IMG/VR virus record: IMGVR_UViG_3300029889_000001
Span: 1 to 64,000 of that record
Length of the DNA stretch: 64,000 nt
DNA from: an uncultured virus (IMG/VR IMGVR_UViG_3300029889_000001)
Lineage: Duplodnaviria; Heunggongvirae; Uroviricota; Caudoviricetes
Direction: 5' to 3' (one strand)
The position numbers and the translations under genes are program-made. This document shows positions 38,000-49,127 of the stretch, piece after piece (position 1 is the first letter of the stretch; every line of letters begins with the position of its first letter). A model generated the notes under the pieces. That model was not told the origin of the DNA. It saw only the letters and a program-made list of their open reading frames with translations, and did not search any database.

Positions 38000-40404
38000 A
38001 TGATCGAATTGAACGGCAAGCATTACTCAAAGAATCTGGCAGAGTCCAAGAGGCTTGTACGAGAGGGTGGAGAGGCTTTTCTAGCAACTCACACTCACGG
38101 CGGATTCTACCGGACGCATACGAACGGGGTCCTATTGCTTGACAGGGACCGTGAACCGTTCGCCTATGCCGTGATCGACTCGCAGACCGGCACATGCTTT
38201 TTCGTGACCGCGCATAAGACAGAGCAGGGCATACGGTATATGTACTCTACGTGTGAGCACACGGAAAAGGCGCTGGGCATCCACGGCATGAAGTGTTCCG
38301 AGATTCACAGCATTGCCAAAGAGGTTATCAGGCAGAGCGGTATCCCGATGTACAGCAGATTCTATCGCACGGATGAGGTGGCGGCATGATTACCTACGTT
38401 TCTACTATTCCTGCGGGCGCTGTGGTTCGCCAGATCGACGGCAACCTGTACGCTCACACGAATTTGAAGCTAGACGTGCAACCGGGCCGCGTGACCGTCA
38501 AGGGCGGCATTGAAACCCGTATGATGCGCGTCCATGAGGTACATCCGACTAACGGCACAGCTACGGTGATTATCGGGCGGGCGGGAGATGCAATCGCAAA
38601 TACAGTTAACCTGCCGTTCTCAGTAACCGCTTTACATGAGGTGGATGCGTGATGGGCAAGCATTACTCCACACACGATTATTGCCGTATCCTGCTCGCTC
38701 AAGTCATGGCGGATGTGCGAAAGAAGTACACGCCCGAAGAGATCAAGGCAGCATGGGCCTGGGAAACAAGCGGGGGAGTACGGCACACCTATGAATTCCA
38801 CGGGCCGCATGGCGAGTACAGGCATAACCTGGGCAGCGCTTGCTGTATGTGGAGCGCAAGGGCTGAAGGATGGTCACAGATCATTCACGCTGGCGAAACT
38901 CTTGTACAGGAGTAACAATGCTCCACCATCCCGATAACGACCACTGGAACGAATGGCGAGAGGCCGTCAAGCGCACAGGATACACGCCGCAACTGGCTCA
39001 CGCTGCTCATGCTTTGTTGGAAATGGAAAATTGGACTCCGCAAGAACTTGAGTCTTATTTCTTTAATCCTTGCCGCTGTTCGGCTAGTACGAATATCGCA
39101 GATGAGATTAACTACGGGACCGGAAGCCTCGACTTTAATGGATTCTGGGAATTCCCTTGCACTCACCGGGAACACACTGAAACCATTTGATAGGAGACAA
39201 ACGAAATGAAAAGCGAACTCGAAGGGCGCTTGCAATTTGATGCTATTCAAGCCGCCGAAGACTTGACTGGGCTTGACTCGCATAAAACAGACCTTCCCGT
39301 ATGGCTCGCCATAGGAATGATGCAGGCAAACGGCAAACGCAAGTCAGAACTCTTGACCGCTCAACTCGACAGCACGTTTTCTAGCAAACTCGATTATTAC
39401 GAGAGAGTCCTAGCGGCTGAAGGATTCTCGAAGGTTTTCGAGATGGAGATTCCGAACGACCCAACACACGAAAAGGATTATCAGGATAAGTATTTCATTT
39501 ACTGGCATCCTGACGGTCTGCTGCTCTCGTTTGATTCCTACTTTGGCGATTCCGTGAACGGCGGACACATCTACTTCAATTTCAAGCCGAACGACTGGAA
39601 ACAGTTTTGCACGTTGAATATTCCGCTGAGCGGCGGCGGTGGAGTCTATGAGTCCCTCGATTGCCGTGAGGCTATCCGGTACTACCTTGGGAAAATGAGA
39701 GAGACCGGAACATTCCTGCCAGTATGGGAGAATCGGCCTTTCCTGTGGCTCTTGCACTACATGGACACCAAAGAAGAGGGCTACGACTACAAGGCGATTA
39801 CCGCGTCACGGATCGCACAACTGCCGGAACACGTTCGCAACTCTATCACTCCCGCGTGAGGATCGCAATGAAAGTGTTTATAGTACGAGAGTTTCATCGT
39901 CCTTTCCTTGGCGGCAACCTCAATATGAGGCAACTGCTAAACCCGATTTTCTTCAGCCGGGAAGTGAAGCATCCCGACCGTAAGAGGCAACGCACTACCA
40001 GAATGCGCGACCTGATGCTATGGGGAGCGCGGAAACTCAAGAGGGCGATATGACGTGTCCACTGTGCAATGGAGATACATTCCTACGGCGCTTGCAGCCT
40101 CATCCTGGCGTCAAGGGCTGTATGGTGACCGTGACTAAGCCCTGCCCAAAATGCAAAGCGACAGGAAAAGTACCGGACTCAGGCAACCTATTTGCAACAC
40201 TCGAAAAGGAGTTTACCAATGTTCATCAATCGTGACTGGCAAAGATCGGAAGAGGATGATTTTAAACTGAATGTCCTACCGCGTTTGGATTCCGGTACTG
40301 AGGCCGTGCCGTGTTTGTGTATTATCGACAAAACCGTTCGGAGTGAATCTGGCCAACCGATACTCAGCATTACTGGCTGGCACATTCAACCAAGAGGCGA
40401 ATGA
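38000..40404 (+). other. Run of small hypothetical ORFs (38000-38389, 38386-38652, 38649-38915, 38918-39190, 39206-39859, 39868-40053, 40050-40235 CxxC finger, 40219-40404)
   Basis: Coupled ORFs with GGAG/GAGG RBS. Confidence 0.55.
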
Positions 40405-40417
40405 AAAAGATTTATCA

Positions 40418-40439
40418 TTTTCCTCTTGACAATCATTTG
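40418..40439 (+). promoter_or_regulatory. Extended promoter box TTTTCCTCTTGACAATCATTTG
   Basis: Near-identical to the boxes at 37922 and 45483. Confidence 0.6.
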
Positions 40440-40551
40440 TGAGATGTGAAAGTGTTGTATCAACGCTTGGGAGAGCGTTAAACCGAACTCAGAGAATTCT
40501 ACAAATCTCCAGAGGATCGGAGAGCGTAGCGAAAAGGGAGAGGGAAAGATC

Positions 40552-41502
40552 ATGGCAGTTGAATTTGCAAACGAAACAACGAAGCGGGCCTGTGCGCTCT
40601 ACAGCGATTGGCCTGAGAACATCCTTATCGTGCCGGAACTGAATGGTCGGCATGAGCATACGGATGTGGAAACACTGGCAGCCGACATTGCCAAGAACGG
40701 GCAGCTTGTCCCGGTTATCTGCCGGAAAAACGATCAAGGCTTGCCGGTCCTCGTAGCTGGACATCGCCGCTACAGGGCTATATGCCTGTTGAACGAGCGC
40801 AACCCCGAACAGCCTATGCGCGTGAAGTTTGAATACGCGGCTGTCACTGAGGTTGAGGCTTTCAGCATGGCAATCCGGGAAAACCGCAACCGGAAAGACG
40901 TTTCCCCGATTGACGATTGCGCCAACATTATCACCCTGCGCAAGCGTTTCCAGTTCACCGATGAAGACATTGCGACCATCTATTTTCCCGAAGCAAAGAC
41001 GGATGAGGAAAAGGCTGAGGCTCTGCGTTACGTCAAACAGCGTGCCTCACTTGTGGAACTCGCTCCCGAAGCCGCCGATGCCGTAAGGGAAGGGCGCGTT
41101 AAGCTCACCGCCGCTGTGGGTCTTGCCAAACTCACCAAGGATCAGCAGAGGGAAAAGGTGTCCAGACCTGGACGGGTCAAGGTCAGTGACGTGGCGAAGA
41201 AGTCAAAGGCAAAGCCGCAACCCGCTGAGGCTCCGGCTCCGATTGAAACCGCTCCTGCTCCGGCTCCTGCTCCGCAACCCGCCAACGGCAAGGGCAACGG
41301 AAAGCACGTTGACAAGGATTCCGATGCCCACAAGCTGCGGACATTTTCTTTGAGCCTGAACGATTTGCTCAAGGATGTTGAGCCTGCGGACCTTACCAAT
41401 CCCGATGTGGAATGGGTGTCCGTGTCCGCTCTGAAACTCCTGGCGCTCTCACATCTTGTCAACAAGGCAACCAGCGCGAATAACGGGGATGTCAAGTTCT
41501 AA
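40552..41502 (+). CDS. ParB/RepB/Spo0J-family protein
   Basis: LA.DI..NGQLVPV, LVAGHRRYRA, AIREN..RKD.SPI; HTH-like region; PA-rich linker. Confidence 0.8.
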   Translation: MAVEFANETTKRACALYSDWPENILIVPELNGRHEHTDVETLAADIAKNGQLVPVICRKNDQGLPVLVAGHRRYRAICLLNERNPEQPMRVKFEYAAVTEVEAFSMAIRENRNRKDVSPIDDCANIITLRKRFQFTDEDIATIYFPEAKTDEEKAEALRYVKQRASLVELAPEAADAVREGRVKLTAAVGLAKLTKDQQREKVSRPGRVKVSDVAKKSKAKPQPAEAPAPIETAPAPAPAPQPANGKGNGKHVDKDSDAHKLRTFSLSLNDLLKDVEPADLTNPDVEWVSVSALKLLALSHLVNKATSANNGDVKF

Positions 41503-41516
41503 GGGAGAGGGCTGTC

Positions 41517-42527
41517 ATGGAACACTTGAACTCTGTGCGGGCGGCGCTGAGAGGCTCCGCCCCTGTAGTCGCAATTCCTGTGCCCGGTCATGCGCCCGTC
41601 TGTATCCGAGCAAAACTGCTCAAGGGCGCATTGAAGGGCGTCACGATTGATTCTGTGGAGTTGACAGAGACTCGTTGGCTTAAAATCAAAGGCCATGCGG
41701 GAAACGTCCACACATCTTGCTCTCTCACTCCTATCTCTCGCTATGACGCGCTGAAAGCTATCAGTGAGTGGTCCTACCGCGAACGGCAGAAGCGGAAGGT
41801 TATCGCTTTGAAGGGTGTCCTATCCGCCGCAGAGCAACGGGCGCTCAAGTTAAAACAAGCGGAGCAAGCCGGTATCGCTGAATTGATAGAGGCGCGGAAA
41901 GTTGAGGCTGAAATCCTGTCCAGAGCAACCGTCTGCCCCGTCCTAACGCCTGTAAACCCGGAAAGGCGTCAAGACATCATCGAATTCTATGCGGCCTTTA
42001 GGCGTCAACGTGACATCAGGAAACGCGCCTCTGTGATTCGCTGGACACTGGCAAAGCTGAGGAAAGAGAAAGCCGCGATGGTCAAGAACCAATGCGAGTA
42101 CGAAGTAACTTACGGCTATGGTCGCCGCCGCAAGCATCTCAAGAGCAAGAAACTCGTACTCCGCAACCCAAAGAACGCGGTGAAGTATGCGGCTCTCATC
42201 TACCAGATCGGGGAACTCGAAAAGCAATATGAGAGTCTTTCGCTCCGCGAGTGGGTTAGTTATTCCTGGCAATGTGAAGACGGCGAGAGAAAAGGCTACT
42301 GGCGCGATTCTTGGATTACCAAACACCCAAAGGAACAAACATACACCGTATCGCGTTCCTGGCGCAATTGTTACATTCCAGAGCCGGAGCAAGTTGATGA
42401 AAATGGCGAAGTGTATCTGACTGGAATCAAATTGCTGGCATGGCGGCTCAAGAACGCACGGGCTGACATACGGGCTTTGACTCCACCGGAAGATGAGGAA
42501 ACCACTCAGGAACAGATCGCTGCTTGA
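41517..42527 (+). CDS. Basic hypothetical protein
   Basis: 336 aa, GGGAGAGGG RBS. Confidence 0.6.
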   Translation: MEHLNSVRAALRGSAPVVAIPVPGHAPVCIRAKLLKGALKGVTIDSVELTETRWLKIKGHAGNVHTSCSLTPISRYDALKAISEWSYRERQKRKVIALKGVLSAAEQRALKLKQAEQAGIAELIEARKVEAEILSRATVCPVLTPVNPERRQDIIEFYAAFRRQRDIRKRASVIRWTLAKLRKEKAAMVKNQCEYEVTYGYGRRRKHLKSKKLVLRNPKNAVKYAALIYQIGELEKQYESLSLREWVSYSWQCEDGERKGYWRDSWITKHPKEQTYTVSRSWRNCYIPEPEQVDENGEVYLTGIKLLAWRLKNARADIRALTPPEDEETTQEQIAA

Positions 42528-42759
42528 TAGGAGAACAAATGGGCGGCAATCGCAAACATGGATTCCTGCGAGGAGCGCATCACGTTCACAATTGGTGGGA
42601 GAAACCATTCTTCTGTGACGGATGCAAGAGACAACATGGACCGAAGATTGACCGCTTCGGTATGCTTGACGGGCGCATGTTATGTTCGCGCCAGTATTAC
42701 AAAGAAGTGGACAAACAGCGAAAGCAATTTCTAGCAAAAAGTTTTGGGGAGATAACGGC

Positions 42760-43506
42760 ATGAACATCGACAGCGCAGTTCTTGACGTGTTGAGCAATGC
42801 CACCATGAGCGGAAACAGCCTGAAGTTGACCGGGCAGCTTAACAGGCCGCTCTACGTCATAACCAACAAAGTCCTTGAGGCCGCAGGCGGCAAGTGGAAC
42901 CGCAAGGCTCAGGCCCATGTATTCGACGGTGACGCAGCCGAGATCATGGATCAGATTATCCTGACCGGAAAAGTCTTAAACAAAAAACAGGAACTCGGAT
43001 ACTTCCCTACTCCACCCGCTGTAGTCAAAAGGCTCTTGGAATTAGCACAGATCGAACCTGGGATGCGCGTGTTGGAGCCTAGCGCCGGAACAGGAAACAT
43101 TCTTAAAGCTATTATTCCTAGCGCCGATAAGGTCGCTGTGGAAGTCAATCCTGAATTCATTCCTAAGTTGGCGCTCTGCGGCTCTGGGATATTAGTTGTC
43201 GAGGGTGATTTTCTTGCGATACCTAATGCCAGATTGCGACCGTTTGATAGGGTGGTAATGAATCCTCCCTTTGCTCCGCGTCAAGCTGACATCCGGCATG
43301 TTAACCATGCACTCACCTTTCTAAAGCCTGGGGGCCGTCTGGTAAGCGTTATGTCTTCTAGCGTGACGTTCCGTACCAATGCGCTGACTGACTCCTTCCG
43401 CTTCCGTCTCCCTGGCTTCAAAGGCACCATCGAAGCTCTGCCTGAGAATGCCTTTGCCGAATCAGGAACCAACGTCAACACCGTGATAGTCACAATGCAG
43501 AATTGA
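42760..43506 (+). CDS. Class I SAM-dependent (probably DNA adenine) methyltransferase
   Basis: YFPTP, VLEPSAGTG, VVMNPPF, F.ESGT.V. Confidence 0.85.
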   Translation: MNIDSAVLDVLSNATMSGNSLKLTGQLNRPLYVITNKVLEAAGGKWNRKAQAHVFDGDAAEIMDQIILTGKVLNKKQELGYFPTPPAVVKRLLELAQIEPGMRVLEPSAGTGNILKAIIPSADKVAVEVNPEFIPKLALCGSGILVVEGDFLAIPNARLRPFDRVVMNPPFAPRQADIRHVNHALTFLKPGGRLVSVMSSSVTFRTNALTDSFRFRLPGFKGTIEALPENAFAESGTNVNTVIVTMQN

Positions 43507-43514
43507 GGATCACT

Positions 43515-43922
43515 ATGAAACTTGTCCTATCGCTTTTCGTCTTCGCCTGTGTACCAGCATGGTCTCAGGCCGTTAAGCCAGCACTGCAACCCGTCCACTA
43601 CGCCCTCACGCAAGGACAGCATGGCACCGTCCGCGTAGTTCCTCTGGCCTTAGCTGGCGAATATGATGGCAAGCTAGGTCCGCTGCACATCCGGCTCCAC
43701 CTGCGCGTCACTGACCAAGGGGAATTGGAAGGCTCACTCGACGGCAACGGCGCAACCGGAATCAAACTGGCACGTATCCAAACCGATTACCGCAAGCTGT
43801 CTTTCATTGTCCCTGCGCTCACAGCCGCTTGGGAAGGCTCAGTCAACCCCGATGGCTCCTTGACCGGCACATGGCATCAGGCTGGCGCAGAGGACCAACC
43901 GCTCAATTTGTCTAAAAGGTAA
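43515..43922 (+). CDS. Secreted/periplasmic beta-rich protein
   Basis: Signal peptide MKLVLSLFVFACVPAWSQA; G.Y.G.LG...L.GSLD...LTGTW.Q pattern. Confidence 0.6.
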   Translation: MKLVLSLFVFACVPAWSQAVKPALQPVHYALTQGQHGTVRVVPLALAGEYDGKLGPLHIRLHLRVTDQGELEGSLDGNGATGIKLARIQTDYRKLSFIVPALTAAWEGSVNPDGSLTGTWHQAGAEDQPLNLSKR

Positions 43923-43964
43923 GCGAACCGTTTTGATAGGAAACCAAAAACGAAAGGAAATCCG

Positions 43965-44264
43965 ATGACTAATAAAACATGGATCGCTTCTTTCATTGGA
44001 ATGGTTATTCTCTTTGCATGTCTTCTGTGCATAGCGTCTCAACCATCCGCCGTTACCCTCTACCTGCCCAACGCAGAGCAAGGCTCTATGCCGCTCTGCA
44101 TCTCCAATCGGGGACACTCCAACGTCAACATTCCTAGCGGACCCGTCCTACGGCCCGGAGAGAGCGTTACAGCAGCCGTGGTCGCCGACTTCAACTGGGG
44201 GTTTACTACTCCTACGCCAACCAATGAACGTGTGGACGTTGACTGCATCGTGATTGCAGAGTAA
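43965..44264 (+). CDS. Putative membrane/exported protein
   Basis: N-terminal hydrophobic helix. Confidence 0.5.
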   Translation: MTNKTWIASFIGMVILFACLLCIASQPSAVTLYLPNAEQGSMPLCISNRGHSNVNIPSGPVLRPGESVTAAVVADFNWGFTTPTPTNERVDVDCIVIAE

Positions 44265-44321
44265 GGGATTAACGCAACCGCACCCCTGAGCGTTACAGGA
44301 AAGCCTGGGAGGGCTAGGACA

Positions 44322-44897
44322 GTGGAGATCACAACCAAAACATTTCAGGAATTCATTGCCGACCAGAAAGACAATTTCAGCATCGTCGTTCTAGGCGCTG
44401 GCGCTCCGCTCGAAGAGTGGGTCAACGGGATCAACGGGGAGTTGAAAGAATCCTCCATCACCTCAGCGGAGAATTGCTTTACCAGAGCCTACACGCTCTC
44501 AGATAACGTGCTAGGAGACAAGGGCCGCTGTGACTTGGTACTCGTATTCGATCCTGACGCTAAGCCGAACATGGGCAAGATGGCTCTCTGGCGGATCGGG
44601 TGGAACGGCTGCATCGGCTGGACAGACGACTTCATTGCCAATCACGGCGCTGACTATGGCTATGCCACTGCCGAAGAAGACGACATTGAAGAGGACGAAT
44701 CGAAAACCACGTCCAAACCGTTTGTACAGTTAAGCGGAGAGGATGGCAATGCTTTCTTCATCATCGGGCGCTGTGGTAAAGCCTTGAAGAACGCAGGACA
44801 GGCTGACAAGGCCAAGGAATTCACAACCAAAGCGTTCGGCGCTGGCAGCTACGATGAAGTCCTGCGGCTGGCAATGGAGTATTGTGACGTTGCCTAA
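44322..44897 (+). CDS. Two-domain hypothetical protein
   Basis: Acidic linker, then VQL.GEDGNAF.IIG...YDEVL domain familiar from phage proteins. Confidence 0.6.
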   Translation: MEITTKTFQEFIADQKDNFSIVVLGAGAPLEEWVNGINGELKESSITSAENCFTRAYTLSDNVLGDKGRCDLVLVFDPDAKPNMGKMALWRIGWNGCIGWTDDFIANHGADYGYATAEEDDIEEDESKTTSKPFVQLSGEDGNAFFIIGRCGKALKNAGQADKAKEFTTKAFGAGSYDEVLRLAMEYCDVA

Positions 44898-44933
44898 CTG
44901 TTTGATAGCGAACTAAACCATTCACCGGGAGGA

Positions 44934-45227
44934 ATGACAATGATTAACTGGAATATCAGCAATGCCGATTTCAAACTCATTGTCCAGATCGCAGAGCGCA
45001 TCGAGTCAGATATTCCAAATTATCCTGACGACCGCCGCACAATGATTATGGACCTCAACGGTTGCCACTCAAACGGATGCCCACTGCAATTGGAAGAACT
45101 GCTCACGGCAGATAGCTCTGACTTCACCCACGACATATACGGCATCCGTCGCCACATCGACCGCACGACAGGCAAGTTGCAAGAGTGCTTTGTTCCTCGC
45201 CACGCACAGCCAGAGGTGACGGCATGA
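44934..45227 (+). CDS. DUF6874-like protein
   Basis: MDL..CH.NGCPL.L..LL.A...DF.HDI.GI..HIDR.TG.L..CF.PR. Confidence 0.65.
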   Translation: MTMINWNISNADFKLIVQIAERIESDIPNYPDDRRTMIMDLNGCHSNGCPLQLEELLTADSSDFTHDIYGIRRHIDRTTGKLQECFVPRHAQPEVTA

Positions 45228-47365
45228 CAGGATCAACCATCATCAAAGGTCACAGCTTGCTTCCAGTTAACCAACAAGAGCCGTACAAGGCTCAATGCTC
45301 CTGCGGTGCATGGGAGAAACTCATACTCGTACCATCTAGTACAGGCCGAGCTAAGGCACGGCGCAACTGGCATGACGAACACAAGCGTAATGTCTGGCGG
45401 CGTAAACACCCCGAAGACTTTCGAGAGGACCGCCCGATTGTTGACGATCCTGAAGCCTTCAGGTATTGACAGGAACCCAAAGTTTTCCTCTTGACAACCG
45501 TTTGCGCTAGGCGCAGGATAACGGTAACTAACTCCAAAGGAGAAACAAGAATGAACGCATTTGAAGCAACAAAACTCTTAGACCGCTCCAACATTGCCGA
45601 GTGGCCTAATCCTAAGCCGCTCTCAACCGAGCGCGTGAAAGTCTCGATCTGCAAAGGCGAAGGATCAGACTCAGCGTTCCCATCAACAGAAGGATTTATC
45701 CGTAATGCTAAGTTGCATCCTGACGCGCATACGGGAAGGGGGTAGGAGGATGGCGAAGTGTGGGATAACACTAATTGAGGGCGTGAAGCATGAGGATGAT
45801 TTTGGTTTCCCGGAAAGCCGCGTCCACTGTGCGTGTGGGTGGAAGTCCAAGCCATATAGTTCTGACAGTGCTAATCGGCCCTCAGTTATCGGCAAAGCTA
45901 TCGCTCAATACGTTGACCATCGGATGGACGTGCTGACGGCCCGTTTTGAATGTCATACGCACTATGAAGGGAACCAGTGACCTATCTCATGGACCGCGAC
46001 GAACTGATTCAACTCCTAGCCAATGCCTCATGGTTTGCAGGATGCTATGTGAGATGGAAGAAGATCGGTCCTCAACGATTCCGAGTTAACACGAACTATC
46101 AATGGGAGAGGTGATTTATGGGATACACAGCAGCAGGACAGAGAGGGCTAGAGAACCGCATCCGTACACTAGAAACGACTCTCAAACAAATCGCTACACT
46201 CTGGCCCGATCCTAGCATGTGCGCCGAATTAGTTCCTGAGTGGGTAGGTCCGAACGATGGCCGGATGAGGGCTGAATTGCTTTTCTATGCCGTTACCCAT
46301 GCGCGTAAGGCGCTAGGACTACCTACCCATCCTGAGCCGGAATACTGGCATAAGAAGAAGACTGAGCGCGAGGAGGAGTAGTCATGGGTGAAAAGTACAT
46401 TTGGGAAGCATGGGAAGGAAAGCGCATCGTCAGAATGGTTACCCTTGACGACGGGAACACACAGATCGAGATTGAAGACGGACGCATAATTCTCGTTACT
46501 GTTCTCGGATTCGCAAAGATGAAGAGAGAGCCGGAGATAACAAAGCCGTGAAGCCGCAAGTAAAGCCTCCTATGCCCTTCACCAGGGCGCTACGCATCCT
46601 GCCTTCCTTTGTAGCTCATTGCGGGAATGGGATAAGTGATTTATCTATCCTGCGGGCGCGAGTCCAAGGGGAGTTGAAGAACCTTTCTCACCTTTTGCTG
46701 GAGCAACTAGGACAGACAAATACCGGCTCTTTCTACACCAACGAGATTAACGCAACCGACCGCAAGATCACGCAACTCAAGAACTTTCTGGAGGATACGA
46801 AATGAGCCTCGCCGGAAACATCTACAGAGAACTTGTAGGGCACGACGATCCTGACTCCTACGCGCCACCTCTGATCGCCTGTATAGTCGTTGCCCTGTGT
46901 TACTGGGTTCCCTGGGGCCGAGTCTTTCGCGTCTTCCGCCTTACGGTCCTGATCGTCTGCGGGATCATCCTGCTAGTGTTTTGATAGGAGACCAACGTGA
47001 ACCAGAATAAAACAATACGTCTCCCTAGTGGGTTAGCCGGTTCCCTTCCGGTATCGCTGTTCGTTGAGGAGGAGACTGCGAACCTGACCCCACAGGAAAG
47101 TCGTGTTCGGGAACCGGAGGATTCAATTCCGATTCAAACTCTTGAGACCGTCACCGTCTCAGAAAGTCCGCAGTGTACCGCAACTGCAATTCCTGGGCAA
47201 AAGGAAAATCCGCTCATCCTGAATGCGTTGCCCTCTGGCGGGATGAAGTCACCATGCACCAGCACACCGTCAGTATATCAGAATCGGGAAACGGCGCAAG
47301 AGCGGGAAGATTGGCTTGATGCGATTGCCAGAGATGATCGGCGCGATAGGAGATTAAATGGTTAA
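45224..47365 (+). other. Run of small hypothetical ORFs (45224-45469, 45551-45745, 45750-45980, 46118-46381, 46548-46805, 46802-46984, 46997-47365)
   Basis: RBS-bearing short ORFs, several with C.CG.W motifs. Confidence 0.5.
45483..45519 (+). promoter_or_regulatory. Extended promoter box TTTTCCTCTTGACAACCGTTTG
   Basis: Third copy of the box; TTGACA, 17 nt, CAGGAT. Confidence 0.6.
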
Positions 47366-47672
47366 GAAGAAAACCAAGACGACTTGGCTCTGCACCTGTG
47401 AGCTACCCAACTGCGGTAAGTCCTGGGAGTCGCAGGGCGAAGAGATTCCCAAGCAGTGCCGATGGTGCTTTAGCCGAAGGTGGAATGGCGTAGACAACAG
47501 TCCTAAGCCGCGTATGATAACAGTCAACGGCAAAACTAAGCGCCTTTCCGAATGGGCCACTGAAACAGGAATCAGTAAGCAGACTATTCGTTACCGACTT
47601 ACTAGCGGGTGGACTCCTGATGAGGCTCTGGGATTTACAAAGCATCAAGTCCGAAGGGAGAGAAAGCCGTGA
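47358..47672 (+). CDS. Zinc ribbon + HTH-like DNA-binding protein
   Basis: C....CG..W...P..C..C.S..WN, then ITVNG.TK.LSEWA...GIS..TI..RL..GW...EAL. Confidence 0.65.
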   Translation: MVKKKTKTTWLCTCELPNCGKSWESQGEEIPKQCRWCFSRRWNGVDNSPKPRMITVNGKTKRLSEWATETGISKQTIRYRLTSGWTPDEALGFTKHQVRRERKP

Positions 47673-48554
47673 ACCACGTTCAAGAGGTCGCAAAGAGCAT
47701 CGTGAAAGCGATGGATGATCCTCTGCCTGACTTCGCACCGGCAAGCGACAGGATGATCGTCGCCGATACCTACAAGAAGTTTGCCATCATGGACTATGCC
47801 AATGCCTTGCGCTTTTCAGGAGAGCGAACAGAGGAACACAACCAACGCTGCATAGAAGAAGCATACGTTCACTACTACAAAGCAATCTCTCTGGGCATAC
47901 CGGAAGAGAGACTGGAAGCTGTCTTTGCTGGCTTACGGTCCTACTGGAGTAATAAACTGGCGGGGGTGAAACAATGACAAAGGAAGAACTCGCACAGCTA
48001 GAATCCGACCAAAGATATTGGCAGGAATTAGCCACTCTTCTTGGTTGGCAGTTGCATGGTTTTACCAACAAATCCCATGCGTCTTTCATTACAAAGAAAT
48101 CAATGGGACAGTGGGTTACCCTTCCACTCTCAGGGGCGCAGCGTGACGACATTGTGAACGCTATCAGAGGAGCACAATAATGACCTACTTTGAGGATCAG
48201 GAAGACGCTTGGTATGCAAACGATTGTAAAGGAAACATCGAAGACTATGATCCTTTCGATGCTGATTCCTGGCCTACCGCGCAACAGCACACTGTAGGCA
48301 ACCGCTCTCGCAACCTGCTGGCCCTTACGAAGCTCGTAGACTTCGCGGCATGGGCTGTCTGTCAAGGATACCGCGTAGAGCCTACGAAGGGCACCTACGA
48401 GGTTCTAAGGCTGAGGTTTGTGGATGCTCAGTCTCCTATTCTCTTTTTCAAGCGCAACAGAGGAGAACACGCCACTTCCTACGGCGAAGGGACGGCTCTC
48501 GTTAAACAGTGGATCAACACGCGCAAGCATGAAAAGAAAGGCTTGCAAGCATGA
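47669..48554 (+). other. Three coupled hypothetical ORFs (47669-47977, 47974-48180, 48180-48554)
   Basis: Stop/start overlaps. Confidence 0.55.
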
Positions 48555-48781
48555 TCCTTGCAGATGTACAATTGCTTGCAAAGCATTACCAGTGCGACCT
48601 GTGCGGATGGGACTGGTACAGCATTGGGACACGGAAACCTGAGTGCTGTCCTAACCGTGACTGTCGAAGCCGAGAATGGGATGGCAAGAAGAAGAAACGT
48701 AAACCGGCTCCGAAACCGAAGATCGAACTTCCGAAGCCGCACAGGATGAAGGAAATTTATGACACCGACACCGAGTTCTAA
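48551..48781 (+). CDS. Zinc-ribbon basic protein
   Basis: YQCDLCGWDW...P.CC...CRSREWD plus K-rich tail. Confidence 0.6.
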   Translation: MILADVQLLAKHYQCDLCGWDWYSIGTRKPECCPNRDCRSREWDGKKKKRKPAPKPKIELPKPHRMKEIYDTDTEF

Positions 48782-48850
48782 ATTCTCATGGTGGGAAGTC
48801 CTGCTGATGATCCTGGGCGTTGGGATAATCGTGTGGATGGAGAGGATGCT

Positions 48851-49127
48851 ATGAGCGAAGATTTTCAATCAAAGGTGATTTTTCTTGCAACACAGACTAT
48901 TACCAAACGCTAAAGTGACATTTTGCGTAAGCTCTTAGCAGGTGAATCGTTGGCTTTGGAGCACGGAAACGCTTGGATCGGCGATGAACGTACTTCTCAA
49001 CGGACTATTGACGCTTTGCTGAGATTCTGTGCGATCTCTACCGATTGGTCTGGGGCGCGGGTGTGAATACTACATCATAAACGGGACAGGAAAAGAAATT
49101 CTCAGGAGACTGGAGAAAGCACAATGA
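48851..49127 (+). pseudogene. Disrupted small ORF upstream of the recombinase
   Basis: MSEDF...ITKR*SDILRKL... with TAA at 48911, then a frameshift near 49060 into CEYYIINGTGKEILRRLEKAQ*, whose stop overlaps the recombinase ATG. Confidence 0.55.

Noticed and set aside
44267..46758. 14-bp match GATTAACGCAACCG at 44267 and 46745
   Set aside because: One copy lies inside a CDS, there is no shared context, and a single such match can arise by chance in 64 kb.
48911..48913. Stop-codon reassignment
   Set aside because: A single in-frame TAA accompanied by a frameshift; all long genes read normally in code 11 and use all three stops.
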